A stretch of DNA of 64,000 nt, from positions 176,495-240,494 of the forward strand of contig WKFI01000007.1 in NCBI GenBank assembly GCA_014872875.1. The letters are read 5' to 3'. This document shows, one piece after another, positions 1 to 9,312 of the stretch. The first letter of the stretch is position 1; each line of letters begins with the position of its first letter. The DNA is from Paracoccaceae bacterium. GTDB lineage: Bacteria; Pseudomonadota; Alphaproteobacteria; Rhodobacterales; Rhodobacteraceae. The notes beneath the pieces are model-generated. The model searched no databases. It had not been told where the DNA came from and saw only the letters and a program-made list of their open reading frames with translations. The position numbers and the translations under genes were made by a program.

Positions 1-64
1 CGGCAATCCCTGCCCAAACAGCCGCCGCTGGAATTGCCCATCTGCAAATAAGCATCCCGAAACG

Positions 65-100
65 AACACAGCCCCGCCGAAAGACCGGCGGGGCTGTGTT
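65..100 (-). terminator. Rho-independent terminator-like hairpin downstream of the 117..689 gene
   Basis: Perfect 15-bp inverted repeat AACACAGCCCCGCCG (65-79) / CGGCGGGGCTGTGTT (86-100) with a 6-nt loop. On the minus strand it is followed by the T-rich tract TTCGTTTCGG. Confidence 0.6.
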
Positions 101-116
101 CAAAAATCACACGGTA

Positions 117-689
117 TCAGTACCCGAAAGCACTGTTCGGCATCCAGTTGAGCCGCTTGCCTTTTTCGCCCATGCGCATGTGCAGGCACGACGTGTTGTA
201 GCGCTGGAAGTACAGAATATCGACCTTGTACCAACCCGCTTGCGGCACCTCGACCTCGGATCCAAAGGACGGCTCACAAGGTTGCCGTCCGTCAAACTGA
301 CTGACCACCTGGCCACCAATCCGGGCGCGCACGCCATCATTGGTCAAAAAGTCGATATTGTAGATCCCGGGTTTGTCAAATCTCACATAGCCATTGATCT
401 GAGCCGCAACGAACTCGGCCCGCTTGGAGGTCAGAGCCGGCTGACCCTCTGCCGTGTCCGCATAGTCGAGGCCCTTCAAAGGTCGTCCTGCCTGACCACC
501 CTGCTTGATTGCCACACGAGCATCCGCCAGAGACTTGACCTCTTCGGGATAGGCATAACGCACGGCGAGCCCCTGTCGCAGACCCGATGGTTGCGGATTG
601 GCGGGTTGCAGCTTGAGCGGTGCAGCGCTCACGATTGTGGCGCACAGCATGGCCACGGCAGCCACAAAACCAGTAACGATACGTTTCAT
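117..689 (-). CDS. Secreted hypothetical protein with a possible PA14-like beta domain
   Basis: 190-aa ORF with ATG at 689 preceded by AGGAGA. Signal peptide MKRIVTGFVAAVAMLCATIVSA. The segment INGYVRFDKPGIYNIDFLTNDGVRARIGGQVV resembles PA14/GLEYA-type motifs (from memory). The plus-strand ORF 96..932 is its antisense shadow. Confidence 0.6.
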   Translation of the reverse strand: MKRIVTGFVAAVAMLCATIVSAAPLKLQPANPQPSGLRQGLAVRYAYPEEVKSLADARVAIKQGGQAGRPLKGLDYADTAEGQPALTSKRAEFVAAQINGYVRFDKPGIYNIDFLTNDGVRARIGGQVVSQFDGRQPCEPSFGSEVEVPQAGWYKVDILYFQRYNTSCLHMRMGEKGKRLNWMPNSAFGY

Positions 690-825
690 TCAACACTCTC
701 CTGTCAGGCCCGCTTTGTCGGATTTGGCCGATATGAGCAGGCATGGTGTATGGCAGGAGTTTATCGCAGCAATGCGACAGGCAAACAGTTTTCTTTAAGC
801 CCAAAAGCAATTGTGAATAACAAGC

Positions 826-850
826 AAAAAGCCGCCCCAACAGGGCGGCT
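826..850 (-). terminator. Intrinsic terminator of rpsD
   Basis: Stem GCCGCCC (831-837) / GGGCGGC (843-849) with loop CAACA. On the minus strand it is followed by TTTTTGCTTGTT (A-run 826-830 on plus), about 40 nt past the rpsD stop. Confidence 0.75.
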
Positions 851-888
851 TTCCATACTGGTCCAGCAAAGGCTGGGCGAAGAACGGA

Positions 889-1509
889 TCAGTTCTTCGC
901 GTAGAATTCGACGACCAGGTTCGGTTCCATGACAACGGGGTACGGAACGTCGCCCAGACCCGGGGTCCGCACGAAGGTCGCTGTCATTTTCGAGTGGTCG
1001 GCTTCGATGTAGTCAGGCACATCACGCTCGGCCAAGGTGGTTGCCTCCAGCACGACGGCCAGCTGCTTGGAACGATCACGCACTTCGATCACGTCGCCTT
1101 CCTTGACGCGGTAGGACGGGATGTTCACTTTCTTGCCGTTCACCTTGACGTGGCCGTGGTTCACGAACTGACGGGCAGCAAACACAGTTGCAACGAATTT
1201 GGCGCGGTAAACAACGGCGTCCAGGCGGCGCTCCAGCAGGCCGATCAGGTTTTCACCGGTATCACCGTTCACACGCACAGCTTCGCCATAGATGCGGCGG
1301 AACTGCTTTTCGGTCAGGTCGCCGTAGTAGCCTTTCAGCTTCTGCTTGGCACGCAGCTGAATGCCGAAATCGGACAGTTTGCCCTTGCGGCGCTGGCCGT
1401 GCTGGCCGGGGCCATATTCGCGGCGGTTAACCGGGGACTTCGGACGACCCCAGATGTTTTCGCCCATGCGGCGGTCAATTTTGTACTTGGCAGACGTGCG
1501 TTTGGTCAC
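889..1509 (-). CDS. rpsD: 30S ribosomal protein S4
   Basis: 206 aa, full-length S4 pattern ([26 protein letters not shown]...[26 protein letters not shown]). GTG start with AAGGAG 7 nt upstream. Confidence 0.97.
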   Translation of the reverse strand: MTKRTSAKYKIDRRMGENIWGRPKSPVNRREYGPGQHGQRRKGKLSDFGIQLRAKQKLKGYYGDLTEKQFRRIYGEAVRVNGDTGENLIGLLERRLDAVVYRAKFVATVFAARQFVNHGHVKVNGKKVNIPSYRVKEGDVIEVRDRSKQLAVVLEATTLAERDVPDYIEADHSKMTATFVRTPGLGDVPYPVVMEPNLVVEFYAKN

Positions 1510-1699
1510 GGCTGATCTCCTTCGTTAAGTGTATTGCAGCTTGGTCCGAAACCGGTTCCCACTTTTCGAGCCGCAATCGCCGCCCGGTCGTGCCAACCTG
1601 CTCCGGTGTCCACCGCAACATATGAAGGGCGTTGTCCTCTTGCCTTGCGGGCATGACAGGAATCCCCTTGCGGGGGCCACCAACACCAATAGAGCGGGG

Positions 1700-1727
1700 C
1701 TTATACAGCGGTCCGAAGGGGAGTCAA
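1700..1727 (-). promoter_or_regulatory. Sigma70-like promoter candidate for rpsD
   Basis: Minus strand reads TTGACT (1727-1722), a 16-nt spacer, then TATAAG (1705-1700). This implies a leader of about 185 nt before the rpsD start. Confidence 0.5.
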
Positions 1728-1770
1728 CAACGGTTTCCCAAGTTTTGACTGCGAAAGGCCAGTCGGATGC

Positions 1771-3701
1771 TCAATTCGATGCCGTATACCATATCGGAGA
1801 GGTATAGGCCCGGTCCTGAACCGTCGGCGGAACGCTGTCAGGCAACTCTACCCCAAAGAAGGCCGCGTCATGCGTCGTCCAACGTGGCTTTGGAATTTCG
1901 ATGACACGGACATAATAGAAAGCATCTTGTTCCGGATCGAATTCGGGATCCTGCCAGTGTCCAGCCAGAGCCACAGCGCCGATGGTGTTTGAATAAGTTG
2001 CGGTCGGCACGTTCACGGTCGATCCAACAGGTTCGCGCGCACGCCCATCGTCACCTATCACTCGGCCATCCGATACGGCAATGTCGTAAACACGCTCATA
2101 GCTGTTGTTGTCCCGATCAATCCAACCTTTGATAATTTGAATCCGGTCCAAGTTTGCTCCATCAGGATCTCGCAAGGCGCGGACCAGAAAGCGGGGCGCT
2201 CCGTCGGCGGGCGCGTTCTGAAGATCTCCTCCCATCGGCACACCGTTGCGATAACCGTGGGAAACGAAATCAGCGGCTCCTAGATCCGCTGCTTCGAAGT
2301 CCCATCCTCCAAAAACCCGCACGCGAATACGGCTACCGGTTGTGGCATAAGCTTCCTTTCGCGTGATTGCCCCGAACACGTCTTCGCGGGTGTTCTCTAG
2401 CGCCCAGTCGGCCGTCAGACCAGCCGCAGATTCCTGTGCTGTCACAATCCGCAATGCGGGGTCTTCGGCCGGTATGACATCCATGACATGGCGGTTCGGA
2501 GACGGTTCGGTATGCTGGTACTTACCAAAATAGTTGTCTTCCCGTGTCGTCGGGATTGCCGTGTGGGCGTCTGTGGTTCCGTACAGCCCGAACTTGTACG
2601 GGTTGACACCGATCTCGCGCCCCAGTTCCAACCCCACCTTCAATGCAGATCTGGCATATTATAGCGCAGCATTTCGGGCGTCTTGGCAGACGTTCCGGAC
2701 AGGTTTCCCACGTCCCAGCTTTCAAAATCCGCAAATTCGTCATCCGGGGACAGCGCGGGGTGCGTTTCCTCGTCCCCTTTGATCTGCGTCATCTCGTGCA
2801 TGGGCTCCCAACGGATCCGCTTGGCAGCGTAATCCGCATCCATGGGGGATCCGTCGAACTTGTTCTTCGTGAACATCAATCCGTTGGACATGTTCGCATT
2901 GTGTGGAACAGCAATGGCTCGCCCGCCGGTTCCGGCTTCGTAAGCTGCCAGGTAATCCCATAACAGTTCCGGATCAGGCGCATCGAAAAATGCCAACGGC
3001 GTGGTGCGGCTTGTCTTGTCGGCCCCATCTCCGAACGGGATCACCCGATGCAGATTGTCTCCTTTCGGGGTAAAGGTCCATTCAAAGCCGGACAGGGCCG
3101 TGAAATTGCCAGGATCGTTGTATTGATCAACCGTCTCGACGATATGAAGCCACAGGTCCCCGTCCAAACCCAGCCCGGCTGTGGGGTCGCGCCCCTGAAC
3201 TGTGCCCACATCAATGATGTCGGCAAAAGCGGCCATCCGGCCATCCTGCCCGGAATTGAACAGCTCATAGGTGCGTCGCCCCCAGTCATCAGCCAACAGT
3301 CGGGGGTCTGCCGTGCGCATCGCGGTCGCAAGACCAAGCATTTCGGCATGTTCCGTTATTGCAAGGAAATCCAACGGCCGGATCAACTGTATGGGCTGCC
3401 CCGTGTTCGACAGGATCTTTTCTCCCCGTGCGACCCGAAAAGCATCATGCATGTTCAACGACGTGCCAATGAGGCCGGCATCGAAGGATATTTCGGTATG
3501 GAAGTGAAGATCTCCGAACAGGACCTGATCAGGATAAGCGCGATGCACGAAAGGAGAATAATCGGCTGTTCCATCTACGGTGTCCGGTGAAACCACACCC
3601 TCGAATGCTACGGACTGCGTTCCGAAACAAATCGCAGCCATTGCCAGGGTCCATTGAAATGACGCCTTCAGTCTTTCGCCGGGACTCAGTTTGCAGACCA
3701 T
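1771..3701 (-). pseudogene. DUF3604-family secreted metal-dependent phosphoesterase-like gene, interrupted by a 1-nt frameshift
   Basis: Two abutting ORFs (2640..3902 and 1771..2643) lie in different frames. The likely true start is ATG 3701 (MVCKLSPGERLKASFQWTLAMAAICFGTQSVAFEG signal peptide, GGGGGG upstream). HFHTEISFDAG and ITEHAE look like metal motifs. At the junction frame A reads PEMLRYNMPDLH-TGA and frame B reads TAA-YARSALKVGLELGREIGVNPYKFG. One extra base near 2658-2662 would give continuous ...PEMLRY(E/N)YARSALKVGLEL... The family name is recalled, not searched. Confidence 0.65.
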
Positions 3702-4182
3702 CTTTACCCCCCAAGTATTTTTGAAAAATATGGCCCAGTGCAACGCACCACGGCACATTCTCAAAACTGAGCTGGGTAGGTTGAGGTTTTTGGCCCGACA
3801 ATCCCTGCCTTTAATGTAAGAGGCTCCCGAAACAGTCAGCCCGCCCAGCAAGTGTTGATGAGGTACCTGTCGCCCCCCCTTTTTTGGGGGTTTTGCACCC
3901 ACGACCCTCTTGAAGAATTCCTCGGCAGGTTGTTCAACCTATTTGAGCAGAATTGGATGTAACGCCGCTCAAGGTCTGCTCAGCGGCCTAAATCGTTATT
4001 CGCCGCCCCTATGATTTGGTCAGATCCGAACACCTGGAATGGGGCGAAAGCAAAGGTTGCAAATTCTGGCCAGCGGATAAACCAAGCGACCGGCTGGAAA
4101 CGATCAAAGGGCGTTTTCGACCCAAGGCTGCCGTTTTGCAATCCGGAGCTCTCCGCTAGCGTCGGCTATCTGCCAAAAAAAC

Positions 4183-5715
4183 CTAAAGCTCGGATCCTAT
4201 TGGTAAAATACTTAGAAAACCGGCAACTACGTGATCCCACGCCGATCCGGTCGGCTCGGAGCGGTACTCCAGAACGTTGCCATCTTCGCCTCTTGTCGTC
4301 CACTTAAGCTGACCAGCTTTCTCGAGCGTCACGTTATATGTGTATGCGGGTAGCGCGTCGTCCAAGTCGCCCATGGTCTGTGCAGCCAATGCTGGCGAGT
4401 CAATCAGAATTCCCATTTCAGTGTTGATGTTGACAGATCGGGGGTCCCAGTTGAACGACCCTACGAACAAGTATCGGTCATCAACTGCAAATGCCTTGGA
4501 ATGCAGGCCTGACCTCGATTGAGCCCAGTTAATACCGCGGCGCTGAACCTGATAGGCGTCCGGGCGCAGCTCATAGAGTTCTACTCCACCGCGGAGAAGT
4601 GCGCGGCGTTTCTTGGCGTAGTGCGCGTAGACGGGTGCGACGTCGTTAGAGGCAAGTGAATTGGTGACAATCTTTACGGCGACACCGCGGCTTTCCAGTT
4701 CGGTCAACCATTTCACACCATTGTTGCGCGGCACGAAATAGGCGGAGATGATGTTCACTTCACTGCTGGCATTCTCAAAATATGGAAGCAATTGAGAGGC
4801 CAGAATGGGACCTGAGTTCTCGAGACCGGCGGCTTTTGACGGCGGATCAGCATAAAGCTTTGCAGGCAGCCAATCCAGTGCCAGCGCTCCATCTGCGAAG
4901 TTCTCTTGTGCTGACTTTCTGAGCGCCGCGCCATACTGTGTTTGCTTCGCTTCCTCGACCAGTTCGTTCAACCTGACTCGCGCGTCACCAAGGTCAAATT
5001 CCTGAGGTTCTCCAACGACCACGCGGGCCGGAACTGCGAATTCACTGTTCCAGTATGAGTCAAAGCTTCGCGACACCTCGCGGACAACGGGACCTGCGGC
5101 CAACACATCCAGATCAGCGTAGTTCATTTCCTCCCGCGCGAGGAAGTACTCGTCACCGATGTTTCTCCCACCCACAATCGTGAAGACATTGTCTGCGGTC
5201 ATGGACTTGTTGTGCATTCTACGATTGATGCGTTTGAAATCAGTCAAACCTGCGATCAAAAGGCTTTGTTCCCGCCAGAATGGATTGAACAGCCGGATCT
5301 CAATGTTTTCGTGATTATCCAAAGCGGCGGTCATCGCGTCATAGCTGGACGTATCCATGTCATCCAGCAACAACCGAACACGAACACCCCGATCAGCTGC
5401 TTGCAAAAGACTGGCAGCGAACAGGTGGCCCGTCGGGTCGTCGTGTAGAAGGTAGTATTGCGCGTCTATCGTTCGCTCAGCTTCGGCGGCAAGCAACAGC
5501 CGTGAGACAAGAGCTTCTTCGCCGTCGCTGATCAGCTTGACCCCCGACCGACCGTCTTTGGGGTCGCCAAGGCGATTGGCGGCCTGCCCCAGACCCGTGC
5601 CCGAATTTACCGGCAGCGCAGCTGATACAGTCTTTTCATATGTGCGAGTTTTTGGAGCGCAAGCGATAAGGGTCAACGTGCACAAAATGCAGACCAATAA
5701 CTTCCATTGCGTCAT
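4183..5715 (-). CDS. Phospholipase D family lipoprotein with two HKD motifs
   Basis: 510 aa. Lipobox LTLIAC near the N-terminus. Two HxK(x)4D motifs (RMHNKSMTADN and GLHSKAFAVDD). GC is visibly lower than in the flanking core genes. Confidence 0.85.
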   Translation of the reverse strand: MTQWKLLVCILCTLTLIACAPKTRTYEKTVSAALPVNSGTGLGQAANRLGDPKDGRSGVKLISDGEEALVSRLLLAAEAERTIDAQYYLLHDDPTGHLFAASLLQAADRGVRVRLLLDDMDTSSYDAMTAALDNHENIEIRLFNPFWREQSLLIAGLTDFKRINRRMHNKSMTADNVFTIVGGRNIGDEYFLAREEMNYADLDVLAAGPVVREVSRSFDSYWNSEFAVPARVVVGEPQEFDLGDARVRLNELVEEAKQTQYGAALRKSAQENFADGALALDWLPAKLYADPPSKAAGLENSGPILASQLLPYFENASSEVNIISAYFVPRNNGVKWLTELESRGVAVKIVTNSLASNDVAPVYAHYAKKRRALLRGGVELYELRPDAYQVQRRGINWAQSRSGLHSKAFAVDDRYLFVGSFNWDPRSVNINTEMGILIDSPALAAQTMGDLDDALPAYTYNVTLEKAGQLKWTTRGEDGNVLEYRSEPTGSAWDHVVAGFLSILPIGSEL

Positions 5716-5998
5716 CAGATTTCCCCATCCCCGTATCCTAGATGACTACGCCGAGGCGGGTGATTGCAAGTTTGTTCTGTAAGGCATTTGTGCAAGGTTC
5801 GGCTGGGCTAGAAGCAACCGTCAATTGAGCCGTCTGGCAGGGTGAATTGCTCCATAAGTCGGAATTGCAAAGTTCGTTTTTGAAGGCCTGCATTGAGCAG
5901 CGATCTGCCGAATGCAACTGTAGCATGCCTGTAACTTCACATGGCTGGTCCGGGCTCTCAGCGGACATCTGACAAAGTCATTGGATGTCCGCCATGCG

Positions 5999-6027
5999 AA
6001 AAACAGGATCCGTTTGCTTGGATCCTG
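5999..6027 (-). terminator. Terminator-like hairpin downstream of the Hint-domain gene
   Basis: Stem CAGGATCC (6004-6011) / GGATCCTG (6020-6027) with an 8-nt loop. On the minus strand it is followed by TTTTT (5999-6003). A weaker T-run (6035-6039) follows on the plus strand. Confidence 0.55.
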
Positions 6028-6135
6028 CATCTCGTTTTTCAACATTTAGGGCATGGGCTGGCCCGAAACGGACACCGTCGTTGTAGCCCCAAGACAACGT
6101 CCCATCCGCTTTCATTCCTGCATGCGCGAAAGCGA

Positions 6136-7197
6136 TCAAGCTGCTTCGTGCAGGAAAAGGGCCGCTTCGGACGCACTCAGATTGCGGCGTGCAAAACTGC
6201 CGTAGGAATGCGGGTCGCGATCCAGCGACGGCAACAGACCCAACAGGCGCGCCCTGTCTTGGTCGTCCAGACTGGACATTGCCGCGTTGGCCGGATGGAA
6301 GCTTTCGGTTTCGACCCCATTGGCCCACAGGATCTGATGATCCTCCATCAGCAGGTGGATATAGGTCACTTCCCGAACCTGCTGGTCAGTCAGGATCGTC
6401 GATCCATTGACCAGTTCCCGCGCGGCGACCAGCACCTCGGGCGTGTTGAACAGATCCAACGCTGCCTGACCACGCACCAGCATCCGATGTTCGGGTGAAA
6501 CCAACAATTCCTGCTCCGGACGGTCAATTCCAAAGGCGCCGGCCTTGATCCTGATCGGTCGCAACTTGGGCATCACATAAAGCCGGGCACCGGACATCCG
6601 ACGCGAACCGATCCACATGATCTCCTTCGGGCCATTGTCGCGCGTCTGCACCCGATCGCCTTCGCGCAGATGCTGTACCAGCTTCGGCCCGTCCGGGGTC
6701 ATGATCCGCGTGTTCGGGGTAAAACAGATCACCCCGCCGCGCTGACGCTCGGCCATGGGGGACAAGCCGCCCAGGGAATGATGCACCACCCACAAATCCG
6801 TGTTCGAAGGCGGAATGTTGTCCAGAAACATCAAAAGTGGCGCCTGACCTGGCCCCACTTCGATCACTGTCACCGTATAGCTTTGCGATCCGTTGGTGAC
6901 GACAAAGCTGCTGTCCATCAGCGGGTCGTCCACTTCGATCTGGTCTATGTCGGTGCGGTTCTGCACGGCCGCTCCCACCAGCCGCCGTACAGTTTTTGCC
7001 GCGCGCCTGCGCAACTGTTGTTCTCCGTTTGCCCCTTCCAGCCGCAATAGTCCGGACGGCCCGTCAACGCGCACAACTTCGCCGTGCCACGACCAAGCTG
7101 CGCCCACTTCGAGCGATTCAATTGGAGCGGCCGAAAGACCGTCCACATCCGTTTGCGACCAGGAAATGACGAACGTGCCACGAAAGCCCGTTTCCAT
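6136..7197 (-). CDS. Hint (Hedgehog/intein-like) domain-containing protein
   Basis: 353 aa. The C-terminal half begins with CFTPNTRIMTPDGPKLVQHLREGDRVQTRDNG and ends near ILWANGVETESFHP, typical of bacterial Hint modules. No signal peptide is evident. Confidence 0.8.
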   Translation of the reverse strand: METGFRGTFVISWSQTDVDGLSAAPIESLEVGAAWSWHGEVVRVDGPSGLLRLEGANGEQQLRRRAAKTVRRLVGAAVQNRTDIDQIEVDDPLMDSSFVVTNGSQSYTVTVIEVGPGQAPLLMFLDNIPPSNTDLWVVHHSLGGLSPMAERQRGGVICFTPNTRIMTPDGPKLVQHLREGDRVQTRDNGPKEIMWIGSRRMSGARLYVMPKLRPIRIKAGAFGIDRPEQELLVSPEHRMLVRGQAALDLFNTPEVLVAARELVNGSTILTDQQVREVTYIHLLMEDHQILWANGVETESFHPANAAMSSLDDQDRARLLGLLPSLDRDPHSYGSFARRNLSASEAALFLHEAA

Positions 7198-7313
7198 CTG
7201 CCTGTAAGCCTACCTCTTGTTTTTTCGACCTTTTTTGGCCGATTGCAGTGAAAGGTTAACAGAGGCCCATCATCATGGGAAGTGCTTATTTTTCATCGCA
7301 TTGAAGCGTGTTC

Positions 7314-8303
7314 TTAAAAGCTCAGTTTGATTCTGACCGACCCTGTCAGTTGGCTTTCCCGCTGCCCCGAGAACTCTTTCCCCAGATAGGTCAAACCATA
7401 GAAGGCGCTGGCGCTTTCACCCTGCCAATGTATCCCGGCCCGCACCCGACCGCGCGCATTCTCCAAAGAGTACCCCCGGTCTTCTGGAAGGTAGACGCTT
7501 TCAGTGACATGGGCGATATCACCACCCAGGGTAAAGCTGGTTCCCGGCGGTGCGTTCTGAATGACGCGGTAGCGTTGACCCGTAACAGATTCACGGCTGA
7601 GCAATTCGCCACGGCCAATCTGACCAAATGTGAAGTCCGCGCCGATCCGGGCCAAGGTTTCGTCACCTGCCCGCAACTCGGCGAAGGGACGCAGATCCAC
7701 ACTTCCTCCCAGCCCATAAGTCCGGGCCACTTCCGCAACGACGGTTGGACGGATCTTGTCACCGATCTGTGCCCCAAGAACCGCGTCCGATGGCTGCGGT
7801 GCGCCGACCAACCCATGCAGCGCGTCCTGCAAGTGGTCCAACTGAGTTTGGGGGCCCAACACCACAAGGTCAGCCCCAACTGCATATTCGAACCCGCCGA
7901 TCTGGGCATGGGTGTGCAGACCAAGAGACAAGGCTCCGGCCCAGGGGCGGTCACTGGGGTTGACCCGTTTCAGGTTTTCGGGCGTCAGGATTTCGCCTTG
8001 CAGGCGCAACTCCAGCAACTCGCCAAACTGCGAAGGGGCGGCCCCACTCCAATGATAGCCATACGCATGCGAGGCAGTGATCGACCCACTCCGCCAACGA
8101 TCCTTACCATCCCCGATAAGATCGTTGGTGAACAGGCGCCCATAGCCTATCTGACGACGCCTTGCCGAATCCTCGAACGGCGACGGCACATTCGAATACT
8201 CGGTATCAACCGGGTTCGTGGCACCGGCCGGATATGTCTGAGACACCCCAGGGGTAGAAAATGCAACAACGCCCGTCACGAGCGCCATCAGTTTCCGAAG
8301 CAT
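7314..8303 (-). CDS. Outer-membrane protein, lipid A deacylase LpxR-like (DUF2219) family
   Basis: Probable start at ATG 8303 (MLRKLMALVTGVVAFSTPGVSQ signal peptide). Motifs NDLIGDGKDRWRSGS and DRPWAGALSLGLH and a C-terminal aromatic residue (KLSF) fit a beta-barrel LpxR-like protein. The assignment is from memory. Confidence 0.5.
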   Translation of the reverse strand: MLRKLMALVTGVVAFSTPGVSQTYPAGATNPVDTEYSNVPSPFEDSARRRQIGYGRLFTNDLIGDGKDRWRSGSITASHAYGYHWSGAAPSQFGELLELRLQGEILTPENLKRVNPSDRPWAGALSLGLHTHAQIGGFEYAVGADLVVLGPQTQLDHLQDALHGLVGAPQPSDAVLGAQIGDKIRPTVVAEVARTYGLGGSVDLRPFAELRAGDETLARIGADFTFGQIGRGELLSRESVTGQRYRVIQNAPPGTSFTLGGDIAHVTESVYLPEDRGYSLENARGRVRAGIHWQGESASAFYGLTYLGKEFSGQRESQLTGSVRIKLSF

Positions 8304-8512
8304 TGCCTGTCCTGCTCTTTGTGCCCCCCCAAGGGCGTTTTCGTTATACGTCGGGGATTCTGACGTCTCCAGTGTCCGGGTTGTTTTTTCGGAAAATTGA
8401 GGAAAAATCAGGGCAATATCAAAAAAATCGTTACTGCTTGGCAACAAAGTCTTCCGGGATAGAGCAATTGGCCTGCTGTGCTCTGATGCAACCCCTCAGG
8501 TTGGCGGCAGCT

Positions 8513-9277
8513 TTACCGATCTGCCCCGCACAGGACGAACAACGCAGATTTCGAATTGATCCCAAGCTTGGCATAGGCCCGTTTGCGATATGTGGTTACA
8601 GAACTGGTAGCCACGTTCAGATCCCATGCAATTGCCTCGGCCGTTCTTCCTCGCAGGATGCCTTCGCAGATTTCTCGCTCCCGATCTGACAAGGACAACA
8701 GCGGGCTTCGCATGTCCTGCGGTTGCCGATCGGAAAAATGCAACAGCGCCAACTGACCCAAAATGGAAAGCAGCGGATCCGTGGCCGCAGCGCTCTTGAA
8801 TGGGCCGGAGGCCTCGAACCGGTAGAGATTCACGCCCAGGCAGATCCCGTCCCGCCGGGACAGTACCGTCAGCTTGTCGACGATACCGGGTTGATCAAAG
8901 AACCGACGTTTGTAGCTGGGCGTCATGGCCTTGTTAAGCGAGGCGAGTGTGAAAACATCCGTGCCGTCGACACCCGAAAGTCTTGTGATCCGGGGTCGCA
9001 GCGGATCTTCGGCATACCCGGTTTCCAGATATTCTTGGGCGAGTCGGTTTGCGTTGTCTTCGGGGTGCGTGTTGAAGGACAGAAAACAGCTGGGACCAGA
9101 CGCTCGTGCCGACACGTCATAGGAAAACACCATCACCTGATCGGCGCCCAAATGGTCGCGCACCAAACCAAGAAACGCCTGATTGAAGCCTTTGCAGCCG
9201 ATACTGGCCATGCATTCCGCAAGCTGCGGCAGGAGCACGCCCGTTTTCGAGCCAAGATTGGAGACATCACCCGTCAT
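8513..9277 (-). CDS. LuxR-family transcriptional regulator with C-terminal HTH
   Basis: 254 aa. The C-terminus LSDREREICEGILRGRTAEAIAWDLNVATSSVTTYRKRAYAKLGINSK is a canonical LuxR/GerE HTH. The N-terminal domain lacks the AHL-binding W/Y/DP spacing. Confidence 0.8.
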   Translation of the reverse strand: MTGDVSNLGSKTGVLLPQLAECMASIGCKGFNQAFLGLVRDHLGADQVMVFSYDVSARASGPSCFLSFNTHPEDNANRLAQEYLETGYAEDPLRPRITRLSGVDGTDVFTLASLNKAMTPSYKRRFFDQPGIVDKLTVLSRRDGICLGVNLYRFEASGPFKSAAATDPLLSILGQLALLHFSDRQPQDMRSPLLSLSDREREICEGILRGRTAEAIAWDLNVATSSVTTYRKRAYAKLGINSKSALFVLCGADR

Positions 9278-9312
9278 GCCCCCAATCTGCCTTGCATTCG
9301 CTCGGGCTACAA

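Noticed and set aside
1-51. A possible 3' end of a plus-strand gene entering the window (frame 1 reads RQSLPKQPPLELPICK-TAA).
   Set aside because: Only 16 codons are visible, which is too short to recognise or to distinguish from chance.
2640-2670. Programmed ribosomal frameshift in the DUF3604-like gene.
   Set aside because: There is no slippery X-XXY-YYZ heptamer, no stimulatory SD-like element and no downstream structure. A simple 1-nt loss in TATAATATG fits better.
3873-3895. A C8-T6-G5-TTTT hairpin that looks like a plus-strand intrinsic terminator.
   Set aside because: No plus-strand gene ends upstream of it. The stem is only 5 GC pairs with a U6 loop. It lies in the promoter-distal intergenic region of the DUF3604-like gene. 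It is noted only as a possible insulator against antisense read-through.
5978-6112. A small minus-strand ORF (MKADGTLSWGYNDGVRFGPAHALNVEK...) downstream of the Hint gene whose DGTLSWGYNDG segment vaguely resembles an RCC1-like repeat.
   Set aside because: It is a single short motif, has no RBS, overlaps two terminator-like hairpins and cannot be supported without a database search.
8513-9277. The LuxR-family protein considered as an orphan quorum-sensing (AHL-binding) receptor.
   Set aside because: The N-terminal domain lacks the conserved W-x3-Y-x8-DP spacing of AHL-binding domains as I recall it, and no luxI-type gene is nearby. It is more likely a pathway regulator for the adjacent hydroxylases.
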